This document shows, in pieces, positions 1 through 12,739 of a stretch of DNA of 64,000 bases. Made by a program: the position numbers and the translations under genes. The notes below the pieces were generated by a model, which saw nothing but the letters and a program-made list of their open reading frames with translations, was not told the origin of the DNA and searched no databases. Source of the DNA: the human T2T-CHM13v2.0 reference genome, Homo sapiens; assembly GCF_009914755.1 (NCBI RefSeq), contig NC_060929.1, one strand, 5' to 3'. The stretch's first letter is position 1. Each line of letters begins with the position of its first letter.

Positions 1-67
1 TAAGTTTCTATTTCTAGTTTTTGAATGTAACTCTTTGAATATTGTCCTTAGTTTTGTTTTCTTGTTC

Positions 68-200
68 TTTTATTTTATTTTTAATTGACACATCAGAATT
101 GTACATAGTCATGGGGTACACTATGATGCTTTGATATAGGTATACAAAGTAGATGAAGAAGACACAAGTAAATGGAAATATATTCCACATTCATGGATTG
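68..200. mobile_element. Short old L1 remnant: minus-strand L1M 3' end (~68-150) abutting a plus-strand ORF2 fragment (~151-200)
   Basis: 'ttttattttatttttaattgacacatcagaattgtacatagtcatggggtaca' resembles an antisense L1MA/MB 3' end; 'gaagaagacacaagtaaatggaaatatattccacattcatggattg' matches the ORF2 segment EEDTxKWKxIPxSWI. Confidence 0.55.
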
Positions 201-864
201 TTTTTCAAACGCTAATTGTATTTATTTTAGAAATGTAGAAATAGTCACAAATAGAAATTAGTATTTGATAAGTGCTGAGTCTCTGTACTAAATTAGCTCA
301 CCTGATTATGTGAATCATTTAATGTTTGATTTAGCTGATAAGACTGGTCAATATTAATATTATAAATATTATATACCATTCTCATATCATGCTAACATAA
401 GAAACAATAAAATTTTAAAAGAAAAATATTGTTTGATAGATTGTAAAATGAGAAAGCCAACTGGCTATTTTGGATAAAAATGAGCAGGTCAACAAGGTCC
501 TAATGGGTTTACTACAGTTTAGTCAGACTCTCAGTTTAACATTTACAGAAATCCAATTTGAAAATTTATTCAATTATTATTAACTTCTTAAGGTCTGACT
601 TTAGTTTAACTGTGAGCACTTGAACTTAAAAGACACTGAATTGTAAACCATGATGTCCATTTATTTATTCACGAAATATGCGTCATTTACATAGGATGCT
701 CCTTCCTTGTGCTCAAAACTACACAGGGAGAATACTGTGTGGTGAGCATCAAGTTAAAATAAGTAAAATGAGATTTTGAATTGTTATCAAACTAGCTGAA
801 CTGGACAAGATATCATTCTGTAGTCTAAAGATAATTTTACCTATACACCCAATATTGGCTGAAT

Positions 865-985
865 TTCTAGAGCCCATTTCAAATACAGTGGATCAGGATT
901 ACCAGGGATGGGACCAAAAATCTTTTAACAGTGTCTCTGATTATTCTTTCCATGACATAAATAATAAGCTTTGAAAACACTGGCA
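865..985. mobile_element. Degenerate MER5-like (hAT-Charlie) DNA transposon fragment
   Basis: 'gatcaggattaccagggatgggacc...gattattctttc...tttgaaaacactgg' resembles MER5 internal/terminal sequence. Confidence 0.35.
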
Positions 986-1246
986 TGATGAATCAGCTCT
1001 TCTCCTTGATTCTTCTTTTCAAATATAGCTCACACAGATTCTGCCTTCTGTTACCAGGTTGCTAAGGTTAAAATTTTATTTTAATGATAGTTCATCACTG
1101 AGAATATTTTTAGTGCCTATGATTTGTCTGAGAAATCAGTATAGTTTTTGATTTATAGAAACTCAGGAAGTACCATAGTGTCCGTAGTACCACATCTATA
1201 AACCCTCTACTGAGAGGTTATTTTGCAGATGATTGGTCTTGTCTAT

Positions 1247-1540
1247 TAATGCCAGCACTTTGAAAGGCTGAGGCGGGTGGATCACCTGAGGTCGGGAGTT
1301 TGAGACCAGCCTGACCAACATGGAGAAACCCCATTTGTACTAAAAATACAAAATTAGCCAGGCGTGGTGGCGCTTGCCTGTAATACCAGCTACTCAGGAG
1401 GCTGGGGCAGAAGAATCTCTTGAATCCAGGAGGTGGAGGTTGCGGTGAGCCGAGATCACCATTGCATTCCAGCCTGGGCAACAAGAGCAAAACTCCATTT
1501 CAAAAACAAAACAAAAACAAACAAACAAACAAACAAAAAA
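1247..1540 (+). mobile_element. AluSp-like SINE, slightly 5'-truncated, with (AAAC)n tail
   Basis: Dimeric Alu with Sp-type positions (gaggtcgggag, cctgaccaacatggagaaaccc, gcaacaagagc); the first ~25 nt of the consensus are missing. Confidence 0.9.
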
Positions 1541-1947
1541 CTACTCCAATTTCAATGGTAAATTTTGTCTGACCTATCCCTAAGTACAGGCTATATGTAC
1601 ACTATAGTCAACAATTAGTAAACTGTGTATCCACAGTACTATTCACTAGATAAATAATGACACTGAATGTTTTAAAATTCATAATGATTCAGATTTTAAA
1701 AAAGAAATAAGGGATATGCATAAAAATATTAAAATACTATAAGATATTTTATTTTTTATAAAAATTTTTAAAGTTCAGACCAAGTTTTTACCAAGTGTGT
1801 CTGTGTCAGACTTGGGATAGTGGAGAAGAATCTTGTGTTTATTCTATTTTTTTTCTTTCTTGAAATAACAGCTGAGAGATTGTAGACCTGTAATAGCAAC
1901 AAAAGGGATATGAGAAATGAAAGGCATGCCTTTAAATCTTCAAAACT

Positions 1948-2035
1948 TTTTCATTTATTCATTCACCAAAAATGTATTGAGTCTTTATCTCCACTTTGGC
2001 AGGTACTGTGATTCTATATAGTCATATAGTCTTCT
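1948..2035 (-). mobile_element. L2 3'-end fragment
   Basis: 'tcatttattcattcaccaaaaatgtattgagtc...aggtactgtg' is the typical antisense L2 tail. Confidence 0.45.
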
Positions 2036-5000
2036 TTTTAATATTGACATAATCTGACTTATATTTGTGTTTTTAACTTACAGAGAGATCCCCTTAGTAT
2101 TTGAAGAATACAGGTATATTTCACCTGGGATGTCTGGCTTGTGGTGAGTCTTCCCAAGTTTGATCAGGATTAATGAGCTGAGACTTTTCATAGAGACATT
2201 TACCTTGGGGTCAAAGAGACTGGGGAAGCTCAAGGGCTGTATCCCCTGTGCCAACAGCAAGAACAGCAGCAAGTTTTGCTGAAATTGATTATGAATGTCT
2301 CTAGCTACTGGCAAAGCTGAAGTACAGCCTGTCCATATCCATGTGAGGATAGAGTAGGAATTAAAATGAAAGCAAGACATGGCAAAGGTAAAGTGAAAGA
2401 TTTTGCTATTAGGCTAGTGCTTTGATCATAAAGATTCAAACATATCTATCACGCTACATCTGTAAGAGTGTATTAAAAGGTTAATGAAATTTTGTACCTT
2501 TTTGGACTTATAACTAAATTGTCAGGTCAGCAAATATGAAGAATTTTTGTACTGTAGACTATCCTAGGAAATTCTCTTGGGGGAAAATGAGATGCCTTTA
2601 CAATTTATTTCAGAACATCAGTATCTTCAAACTGTTCTACACAATTTTGAGGCTGGTTCAAAGGAAGTATGTAGAGCTAATCCTGTTTAAAAAGAAATTG
2701 GGAAGGCTTAAGAAAATCCCTTATGTGAAAAATCAGGACAATATAGTAAAATATGATTTATATACAATTTATAGACCTTTGAATCAAACGTTCACCGTTT
2801 TAATAATTTCAGGGAGACAACTGCTTCACAGCAGACTGTAGCATAAGGCTCACATTATAAGACCATGCATATAATAGTGATACTGCCATGGGTTAAATGA
2901 GCAGAGCTTGAAGTATTATTTTTTTAAAAAATTGAAAGGTTGTGGCAGTAATAAAAAGGTTGAATGGTAATGCCTCTAATTGAACAGTAAGGCCTCTTTC
3001 CTATTAAGTCACTCTTTCATCTGTCTTTTTAATTATTTCATTATCATTTTGTACTGCAGTTCACAATGAAATGACCATTTGTGTTTAAGTGAAAGCTAAT
3101 TATTAGGACTGAATTATTGTGCAGTTTATTGATCCCTATGGTGGATTAAGGGCTTTAAGTTCGTCTAGACAGAATAGTTAGCAAAATGACAAAAGGAAAC
3201 ATATAAGACCCTTGGGAAGAATCCCTATGCTCCATAAGCAATTAATGCCTGCCAGGTAATGGAATTTAAGTTTATACTAAATCCAGCAGAGCTTTGACAT
3301 TTCAACTGCCTTATAAACACATTAGTCTAATGAATTAAGACTTATGAATTGTGTTTAGACACAAGTAGGAATAGGAAATCCACGATATTTTCAGCCATTC
3401 GTTGATTGAATGAAAAATAGATCATTTTCTCTCTGAATCTGATGAAAAATGAAATGTGTTCTTCTTTGTGTATATCTCTGCTCATTCTGTTTTCTGTTGA
3501 TGGATGTGTATTAACAAATCCCATTTCCCAAAAAACACTAATCTCCCTTATGGATGTGAAAAGTATATAGTGATAAGCCAAGAAAGCGGAATGAATATAT
3601 ACATATATATATAGTACTGCTGAGTAAGAAGCCAAACAACCCATTAATCTCAATCAGGTGCTAGGCAAATTTAAAAGCAATTTGTCATTATGGCGATGAG
3701 CAAGCTGCAGTTTAAGCTAACCGTACAACCCATTGCTGTTATTTGTTAAGAGTATGTCTCTGAGTGGATTTTGAGGGGATCTGGCTCAATCCTTCAGTTA
3801 CGCGACTTCTTCCCTAAAGTGCTCTGTCTTCAAAGATTTATTGACAACATGCCATGAGTAAGGATTTTTGGAAAAGTTGTTAAAGCTCTTTTTTGTATCA
3901 ACAAAGATTTCGGCAACAATTCTAAGGAACAATGACAAGTTAATTAGGTACAAAGTGGTGTCATTTGGTGCCAAGTTTTAAGTATTATTCTTTCTCATCT
4001 TCATTTTCAGGCTTCCAATAAAAATCTCTTGTACTGTACCAACCATGGTTATTTATGGGTCAGATAAAAGACAGATATTTCAGTTACATGCAGAAGAAAT
4101 CTGGTACATTTTACCTGTATATACTTCTTTGAATTTGAAGTCTTCACCACAAAAATCTTAGAGAACATTTCAAGAACAGCCTTCCTTTTGTCTTAGAACA
4201 ATAGTGTCAAGGACCATTCAATGAAGAGGCATCCATACCAGATACCCAGAGGCACAGTTTAAATATTAAAGTATATTTATACAAAATATATTTTAGATGT
4301 TTCATTGCATGAGTTTGAATTAAATTGTAGGCATTGAGATGCACAGAATAGAATCTAGCAAATTGCAAAAATGTTTGCTTCCATTATATTTATGCACAAT
4401 TTTATTGCTTGCATTTGACAGTGGCAAAGTAGCTAGTTTAATAAGCAAGCGTAAGTTTTTTATAGCAATGGTTATGGACTTTTATGGTATTTAAACTAGA
4501 TTAATCAGTGAAGTATGATAAAGTTGAAGGATTAAACAGACTGCACACTTAAATATAAAACACTAATGGGGAATCTTGCACGAGGCAATATTTGTTATTA
4601 TGAAAATATAATAAAAGGATAATTGGTGGGGTTCTCTTTCTAGGAAAAAAAGATGGTTTACTCAGCTTAAGAAGTCAAATTAATGCCTAGGGAAATAGGG
4701 CACCCTTATTATATGTAGACATGGTGCCACCTACGTGATAGTCATTTGATTTTTAAAACCAAAAATAAAACTCATGCTTTACATAATGTAATTATATGAC
4801 TAAATTCAAAGTATGATCCTAGAGAAAAGCATTCCAAGAATTTTCCTTAATTTTTTCTTTGTAAGTCTGCAAATATGCCCCTAGGTATACTTATTCAAAT
4901 ATTGATTTATAATGCATTTGCATGATTGGAGGACTTTGTTTTCCATTTTGAAGAAAAGATTTACTCTTATCTAATGAACAAAGTTTTAAACTATTTTTCA

Positions 5001-5169
5001 GAATGCTTAAAGTTAGTTTGAATGCCTCAAACATTTTGGTAAGGGTTAGAAGTAAAAGTTTAAGAGAATATTATTAATTCAATTAACAAAAAATAATTTT
5101 TGAGAATCTTATCCATTATATGTGTGTATGATTCAAAGTCAAATAAGTCTTTTTTTTTAAATTTATACT

Positions 5170-5722
5170 TGTACTAGTTATCTATTGCTGCATTAAAAAT
5201 TGGACCAGAACTTAGCAAGTTAAAATAGCAAAGATGTATTATCTCAAAATGCATTTGGGTCAGGAATCTGGGCACAGATCAGTTGGGTTTTCTCTGGCTT
5301 AAATAATCTCTTGAAGTTTTAGTCAAGCTGTCAGCAAAGGTTAGCGTTTTCATTCAAAGCGTTGGATGGGTGAGTGTCCTTTTCTAACTCATTCATGTGG
5401 TTGCATTCATGTGGCTGTTACCAGGGTCTCGTTTTTCTTGGCTGTTGATCACAGGACTCCCTTAGTTTCTTGCCACATGAACCTTTCCAAAAGGTAGCTC
5501 ACAAAGTGGCATCTGGCTTCCCTCAAATCAAGAAAGCAAGGGAAGACCCAATATGGAAGTCTTTTTATAACCTATTATCAGAAATGACATCCCATTACTT
5601 TACTGTATTCTTTTGTTAGGAGTAAGACAGTATGTTCAGACACACCCAGGTGAGAAGATTCAGTGTTATGCACAGCTGGAGGCAGAGATTGTTGTGGGCC
5701 ATTTTAGAGGCTGCCTATCACC
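5170..5722 (-). mobile_element. MLT1 (F/G-like) MaLR solo LTR
   Basis: Starts 'tgtactagttatctattgctgc', contains 'gggtcaggaatctgggcacag', ends 'ggccattttagaggctgcctatca'; ~550 bp. Confidence 0.8.
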
Positions 5723-6018
5723 AAGGTTATGGCCCACCAAAGAGACAAATGACCAACTATTATAACAGATGACAGATGTCATGTCATACTCACAATTAAT
5801 ATGCACAAATGAGGGTGAGAGATATCAATACAGTGTTTTACGTAGGCTTTCCAGTAGAAAGGATGATCCAAAAAAGTTTAGTGGCAGTCAGCAGCATATG
5901 TAGGAGTAACAGACAAAAGCATTTCTATTAGAGTGGGTATGTGAACAGCTTTGGAGGGCTTGGAAGTAAACTATAAGTTGATATAGCTAGAAGAGAGTCT
6001 ATAATCTGAGGAAGGGTG

Positions 6019-6156
6019 GGAATTGATGTTTATATAGGTAGTAGCCAATAGCAGGAATTGATGCTTATATAGGTAGTAATAATCTTACAAGTAAAACTTG
6101 TAAGTTTTACTTGTAAGTTTTACTGGTAAGCCAATAATCTTACAAGTAAAACTTGG
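6019..6156. repeat. Compound local duplication with a perfect 16-bp hairpin
   Basis: 25-bp direct repeat at 6019-6043/6054-6078 (1 mismatch); cttacaagtaaaactt (6084-6099), gt, then its reverse complement (6102-6117); 23-bp direct repeat at 6078-6100/6133-6155. Confidence 0.9.
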
Positions 6157-7649
6157 AGTTTGAGCTTTATCCTAAAATTTGGGAACGCATTGATAATTAT
6201 AAGCCTGATCAACCTTGTTTAGAAAGATGTCTTTGGCAACAATGTAGAACATAAATTGGAGATATAGGGACTGGTTAGAAGACTATCATAGAGGAGAGAA
6301 GTGATGAAAACAAACTAAGGCTATAGTAGTAGTAATAAAGAGGAGGACATGAAATGCAGCAAGTAGGAAGGTAAACAGAAGCAACACTACTGATTGCATA
6401 GGAAGCAGGAAGGAGAGATCAACGGAACATATCTGTAATAAGACATAGTAACATGGTATGTTCAGGGAAAGGATTTGAGCATTAGAAAAAGAAAGCAAAA
6501 TTATGATTATTTGATACAGTGGTTAATTAATAGAGTTATCATGGCTTAGGGCTTGGATGTTCACAAAAAAAGAATGCTAAATATTGCAAAAGGTCATGAA
6601 AGGACACATGTATAGTAAAACATTTTCTACTATAAAGATAAGCCTCTATTAATACTAAGGTATCAGAGGCTGGATAATCAGTACAATGCACACTCATAAT
6701 CTAAAAAATGTTAAACAGTGGGTACATTTTGTATTCTTTGCCCACCTTTATACACCTTTGATCTATAGAAAATATAGCAACTTTAGCCAAATTCATAATA
6801 TGAAAATATAAATGTGAAAGGATCAGGCAGGATTCCAAAGACTTTAACCTTGGGTGAACATCCAGGTCTCAAATGTTGGTAACTCTGATTAAAAGATTCA
6901 AGCATATATAAAGAATCTTGGATCTAGAGAAACTAAAACACACCCAACTAGGTTGTGCTAACCTAGGTTATCCAAATCTAGAAATAACACATATAATAGA
7001 AATATCCAGACCATTACTAAATTCATTGTTAAATTGTGCTTTTAGTCAGTATATCTTGACCTTAAATAGTGCCTGTAAAAGAGTCACAGCAAAGTGAGGC
7101 TATATTGTCCAGTAAGGCTAATAACAAAATTGATCTCCAACCTTTGCTCCTTGATAAGAACACATATCCATTGTTTTGTATATTTTGCAGAATATTTTGG
7201 CACTTTACTAACATTCTCTGTCATTAGATATTGGGGAATGTAAACCTCAAAGGAGGATGTACTATCTTCCTACAAAAAATATTTTAAACGATAACCCTAT
7301 ATCAACCCAGAACTGTTAAATCTTTGGTTTTGAAGTATATTACTAAAGCAGCTTTTTAACATGCATATAGAAAATGATATGCAGGCTAATAGGATCAGCT
7401 TAACAATTAATCTAGCAATTATCTGGATACTTATATTGAACTCACAAAAAGTCTTCAATCACACCATGGATTAAGAAAATTTTAAAAATCAGAAATATAC
7501 TAGTTGTTAAACATTGAGACATTTCCTTCTTTATATTCTTCAGGAGAAACTGTGAAAATTTCTACATATTTAATCAATCAAATGTCAGGCATATGTGGTT
7601 ACATGTTTTATAGTTTTGCATGGAAAAATAAAAAGATTTATATTATAGT

Positions 7650-7916
7650 GCCTAATCTAGGACTAGAGTTAGACTTCATGGGTTGAATTCTGTTGTTATT
7701 GCTTAGGGATTTTTTGTAGCTACGGAATGTTTTTTAGAAAGTGACAACTTCTCTAAGACTCTGTAGTCATTGGTGAAATAGGAATGATAACAATATCTAT
7801 TATACAAGGAGTAATAGATTAGAAGTAATTTTTGTGCGGATAAAATGAGCAACCTATGAAAAAGAGTCAACACAATGCCTAGATTATTAAAGTCACTTAA
7901 TAAATTATAGTTATTC
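7650..7916 (+). mobile_element. MIR SINE (degenerate)
   Basis: Core-like 'aagtgacaacttctctaagactctg...gtgaaataggaatgataaca' and tail 'acacaatgcctag...cacttaataaat'. Confidence 0.55.
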
Positions 7917-8127
7917 TTGCATAACCAAATTTCCTTTAAAATAATATATTCTAAACTTGGATTTCATTTTCTGTATTTCTTTTAGTGTTTTATCTTTATT
8001 AAGTAATTAACAAAAAATTAGGACAATATTTAAAGAACATATACATGAAAAACTATATGTATCTTAAATAAAATTAAAAATGTTTTGATAATGAGAGCAT
8101 GCTATAGCTACTCATTATTCATGTCTT

Positions 8128-8310
8128 GATTTATTCATTTATTAAATAACTATTTACTGATTTCCTGCCATCTGCTAAATAACTAGGTAAGGCACAAGGG
8201 CTGCAATGCTAAACAAAAGCAGACATAGTCTCTGCAATCCTCATGGAGTTTATGGTCTAGCAGGAAATATAGATGCTAATCAAATCATAACAAAATCAAA
8301 TATAAAACCG
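8128..8310 (-). mobile_element. L2 3'-end fragment
   Basis: 'ttattcatttattaaataactatttactga...aaacaaaagcagacatagtctctgc...ctcatggagtttatggtctag'. Confidence 0.7.
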
Positions 8311-9062
8311 AAACCATGATGTACCAGTTGTAGAGTTTTCCTACACTCAGATTAAGGATACGTTATTATATGCCAGGAGTATTAAGTGTTAATATGCCTA
8401 CAGTTTTGCCAATAATATTAGGAAGTTTTATAAATTGTGTCTTTACTAAACATGTGACTAAGTAAGATAATGCATAAAACATTTAGCATAGTGATTGTTA
8501 AATAATCAGAACTTATCCAATCTCGGTCTATCTCTATCCTATCCATTCCAATCATCTACATATCTGTAATTATATGCATATTTATATGCATTACTTTAAA
8601 AGGGATCATCATTTGTACCATGTTCAGTGTTAATGCCAATATGCAACCAAATACACTTCGATGTGAGTTTTTGCTACCATTATCATGATTAGAAATATAT
8701 TCTAAATAGTAATTATATTCAATAAGACGTTATTCAAAAATGAAGTAGGAATTATTTTCAATTTTGACAAATTTGTTGTACATCAATTAATATAAAACTT
8801 AAAATGTCTAAGTGATTTTGAAAATAAAAATTATATACCCTTAAAATTCACTTAATGTAAGTTTTCAAGCAATTTCCAAATTCTATTTTACATCTAGTAT
8901 TTTGAAACTGTACTTTGAAACTCTTATAACATGTAATTATATTATCATTAATATTTTTAAATTCAATTGACTCAACTTTTTAATGAACACTGGTTCTGTT
9001 CATAAAATGGTTTGAAAATTTTCAAACTTCATGTTATACTGTAAAAAATCTGGTTAATTTAA

Positions 9063-10217
9063 CATAAGACCTAAAACCATAAAAACCCTAGAAGAAAACC
9101 TAGGCAATACCATTCAGGACATATGCATGGACAAAGACTTAATGACTAAAACACCAAAAGCAATTGCAAGAAAAGCCAAATTGACAAATGGGATCTAGTT
9201 AAACTAAAGAGGTTCTGCAAAGTAAAAGAAACTATCATCAGGGTGAACAGGCAACCTACAGAATGGGAGAAAATTTTTGCAATCTATCCATCTGACAAAG
9301 GGCTAATATCCAGAATCTACAAGGAACTTAAACAAATTTACAAGAAAAAAAAAACAAAGAGCCCCAACAAAAAATGGGCAAAGGATATTAACAGACACTT
9401 TTCAAAAGAAGACATTTATGTGGCCAACAGCGACATGAATAAAAGCTCATCACCACTGGTCACTAGGGAAATGCAAATCAAAACCACAAAGAGAAACCAT
9501 CTCATGCCAGTTAAAATGGCAATCATTAAAAAGTCAGGAAACAACAGATGCTGGAGAGGATGTGGAGAAATAGGAATGCTTTTACACTGTTGGTGAGAGT
9601 GTAAATTAGTTCAACCATTGTGAAAGACAGTGTGGCAATTCCTCAAGGATCTAGAACTAGAAATACCATTTTACCCAGCCATCCCATTACCGGGTATATA
9701 CCCAAAGGATTATAAATCATTCTACTATTAAGACACATGCACACGTATGTTTATTGCAGCACTATTCACAATAGCAAAGACTTGGAACCAACCCAAATGT
9801 CTATCAATGATTGACTGGATAAAGAAAATGTGGCACATATACACCATGGAATACTATGCAGCCATAAAAAAGGATGAATGCATGTCCTTTGCAGGGACAT
9901 GGATGAAACTGGAAAACATCATTCTCAGCAAACTAACACAGAAACAGAAAACCAAACACCGCATGTTCTCACTCATAAGTGGGAGTTAAACAATGAGAAC
10001 ATATTGGCACAGGAGGGAAACATCACACACCAGGGCCTGTCAGAGGGTAGGGGGCAAGGGGAGGGATAGCATTAGCAGAAATACCTAATGTAGATGATAG
10101 GCTGATGGGTGCAGCAAACCACCACGGCACATGTATACCTATGTAACAAACCTGCACTTTCAGCACATGTATTCCAGATCTTAAAGTATAATAAATAAAT
10201 AAATAAATAAATAAAAG
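9063..10217 (+). mobile_element. 5'-truncated L1PA7/8-like LINE-1 (ORF2 C-terminus and 3'UTR, (AAAT)n tail)
   Basis: ORF fragments 9243-9596 and 9747-9989 are ORF2 C-terminal sequence; TSD aaaaatctg(g/c)ttaatttaa at 9044-9062 and 10218-10236. Confidence 0.93.
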
Positions 10218-10411
10218 AAAAATCTGCTTAATTTAAAGGAACACCATAGCCTAGGAACATATATAACATGCAAGTATAGAAACATCTGGACAAATAAATC
10301 ATTAGTTACTAATATTTATGGAGTCAATTTTAAAAATTGCTACTTCAATTCACTAATATCTTATGTTGAATCTAAACATATGCACATTTGTTAATGAAAA
10401 ATCAATTAATA

Positions 10412-10733
<322 letters not shown>

Positions 10734-12739
10734 CTATATTTGCTAATTATTTACTAGCTTTATAAATATTACATTTTTTCTTATAATAGTAGAGAACATT
10801 TTAAATAGACTAAGTAAATTAGTGATGAGGTATTGATCATTTAACTTTTTGTTAAGTATAACCTTGAGTAAATGAATAGTTAATAAAATCTAAAATAAAT
10901 TTATACTATGAAATTTAAAAAAGCTAAATCTTCTATAATATGTTTATATTTTGAAAAAGTATGGTTTGATAATCATTTGGGTTGTAGAAACCACAAAATA
11001 ATGCTATTAGAAGACAAATAGATGATTCAACTAATGTATTTTTGTCGTGAGAGACTTGAAAACTCAGAATCCTAACTAGAAAGCAAGTAGAGGGAAACAA
11101 AAAACAAAAAAATGTAGAGCTAGGCCATGTCAGACTAATATTAGATATAGACATTCTATGATGCTGCTTATTTAACATGAGTTAAGGGTCTCCAATAGTC
11201 TCTTCTTCATTAAAATGAACAAGTAAACCCTTCCACAATTTGCTTTGCATTGATCCTTTTCATTACTGAATTTCCTAAGAGAAGCATCACTCCTGGTATC
11301 CCTTGTTGCTTGGTTGAGGCATTAATCCTTGTAAATGTCTTACTTGAATAATTTGTTACCCCTTCCTGGATGGACCAATTTTTACCCATAGAATGATAAA
11401 CAAATTTCTTACCTATAGAATGATGAATAAATTTGTTAACACATTTTGAGATCTTCCTTTATGTAATTACAACTGAATTAAATTTATTTAAAATGTCTAC
11501 CTCAGACTAAAATAATTTGAAGATAGATGCAGACTATAACATGTTTTAAAATCACAATTTAGAGCTGAAAGAAAGCAGTGAAGGCAGAGGCTTTGAAGCA
11601 AAATCAGGTTGTACCAGGCTTTGGCAGTTTACCTGATTAATCATTGGCAGCTGGGCTGCATTTTTCAAAGGCTCCAATTAGCTGAGATCCAAAGAAAATG
11701 ATGTAGAGTGAGATTTTGGCAACTGGGTAAGTGGGCAACAAAAATATAAAGGCCCAAGAGAAAGAGGGCATGGACATAAAAAGACTCAGAAGAATTGGTG
11801 AAGCAATGATGAAGAAACAGCAAAATTCACATGACAAATTTGCACGTGACAAGTTCTGTGCATAGAGCCTAAATATCACTGCCAATGGAACAATATGTTC
11901 TACAAGAGGGAAAAATATAAATTGTTCAATATTGAACTTTGAGGACAAATTTAGTAAGTGCTTTCTGACAGAATATTTATTTGTAAAGCATGCACATCCA
12001 GAAAGATAACTACTATCTGATGATTTAATAACACACTGATCTTAAACTAATTTGAACGTTAATCCTATTGGATGTGTGTCTTTTATTCATTGGACTGGAA
12101 ATACAGTAGACTATCACTGATCAGCTCAAAGGTAATTGGCACCAGTTCTGCTACTTCTGTTACCAGAAAAATCACTTTCTAATATGAGAATTATATATAT
12201 AAAAAGTAAAACACACGCTTGAGGCAAATATGTCTTAACTCATTTGACTTGAAATGACAACTTCATTTTGGGTACCCTGAATCCAAAAGAAAGCTCCAGG
12301 ATCCCGCTAAGAACTTTTAGAACAGAATAGTTCAAACTGTTGAGAGACTGTATGGTAGTAAAACAGGTTATAGGAATGTTACAAGGCTGCATCATATTTC
12401 TAAGAAGAAATATCTATGTATGGCAAGTTCAAAAACAATTTACTTGAAAGTGTAATGTAAAGTGTGGATTTTGTCTCTTAACAATTAATCGCCAAGGCAA
12501 AGCACTCCGTGTTACAAATTTCATCATTGGGTGGTATTGGTTTTTCCTCACATGAGTAGCAATGCAGAAGAACCAGAATGTTACTCTACCAATTTACTCT
12601 AAAATCAGCCATTTATTTCCATCTCAATAAAATGTTTTTAGCTATTACTGCCTTAGGTCTTTATTTCTTCATCATGTTTTGGTTTCATTACAAATTTAGG
12701 CATACATCTTTTTAAAAGTAGAAATGAGGAGTAAACAAG

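Noticed and set aside
2084-2113. Possible 30-nt plus-strand micro-exon (ttttaacttacag|...|gtatat)
   Set aside because: Weak donor and no recognisable peptide; insufficient support.
2078-3653. ~100-aa ORFs in unique DNA (2078-2380, 2536-2841, 3342-3653)
   Set aside because: No recognisable domain, composition typical of AT-rich non-coding DNA, and lengths expected by chance.
4011-4103. Possible plus-strand exon after tttctcatcttcattttcag
   Set aside because: Good acceptor but only a weak donor (gtacat) and no recognisable product.
11377-11438. ~27-bp tandem duplication (ttacc(c/t)atagaatgat)
   Set aside because: Ordinary slippage duplication with no functional indication.
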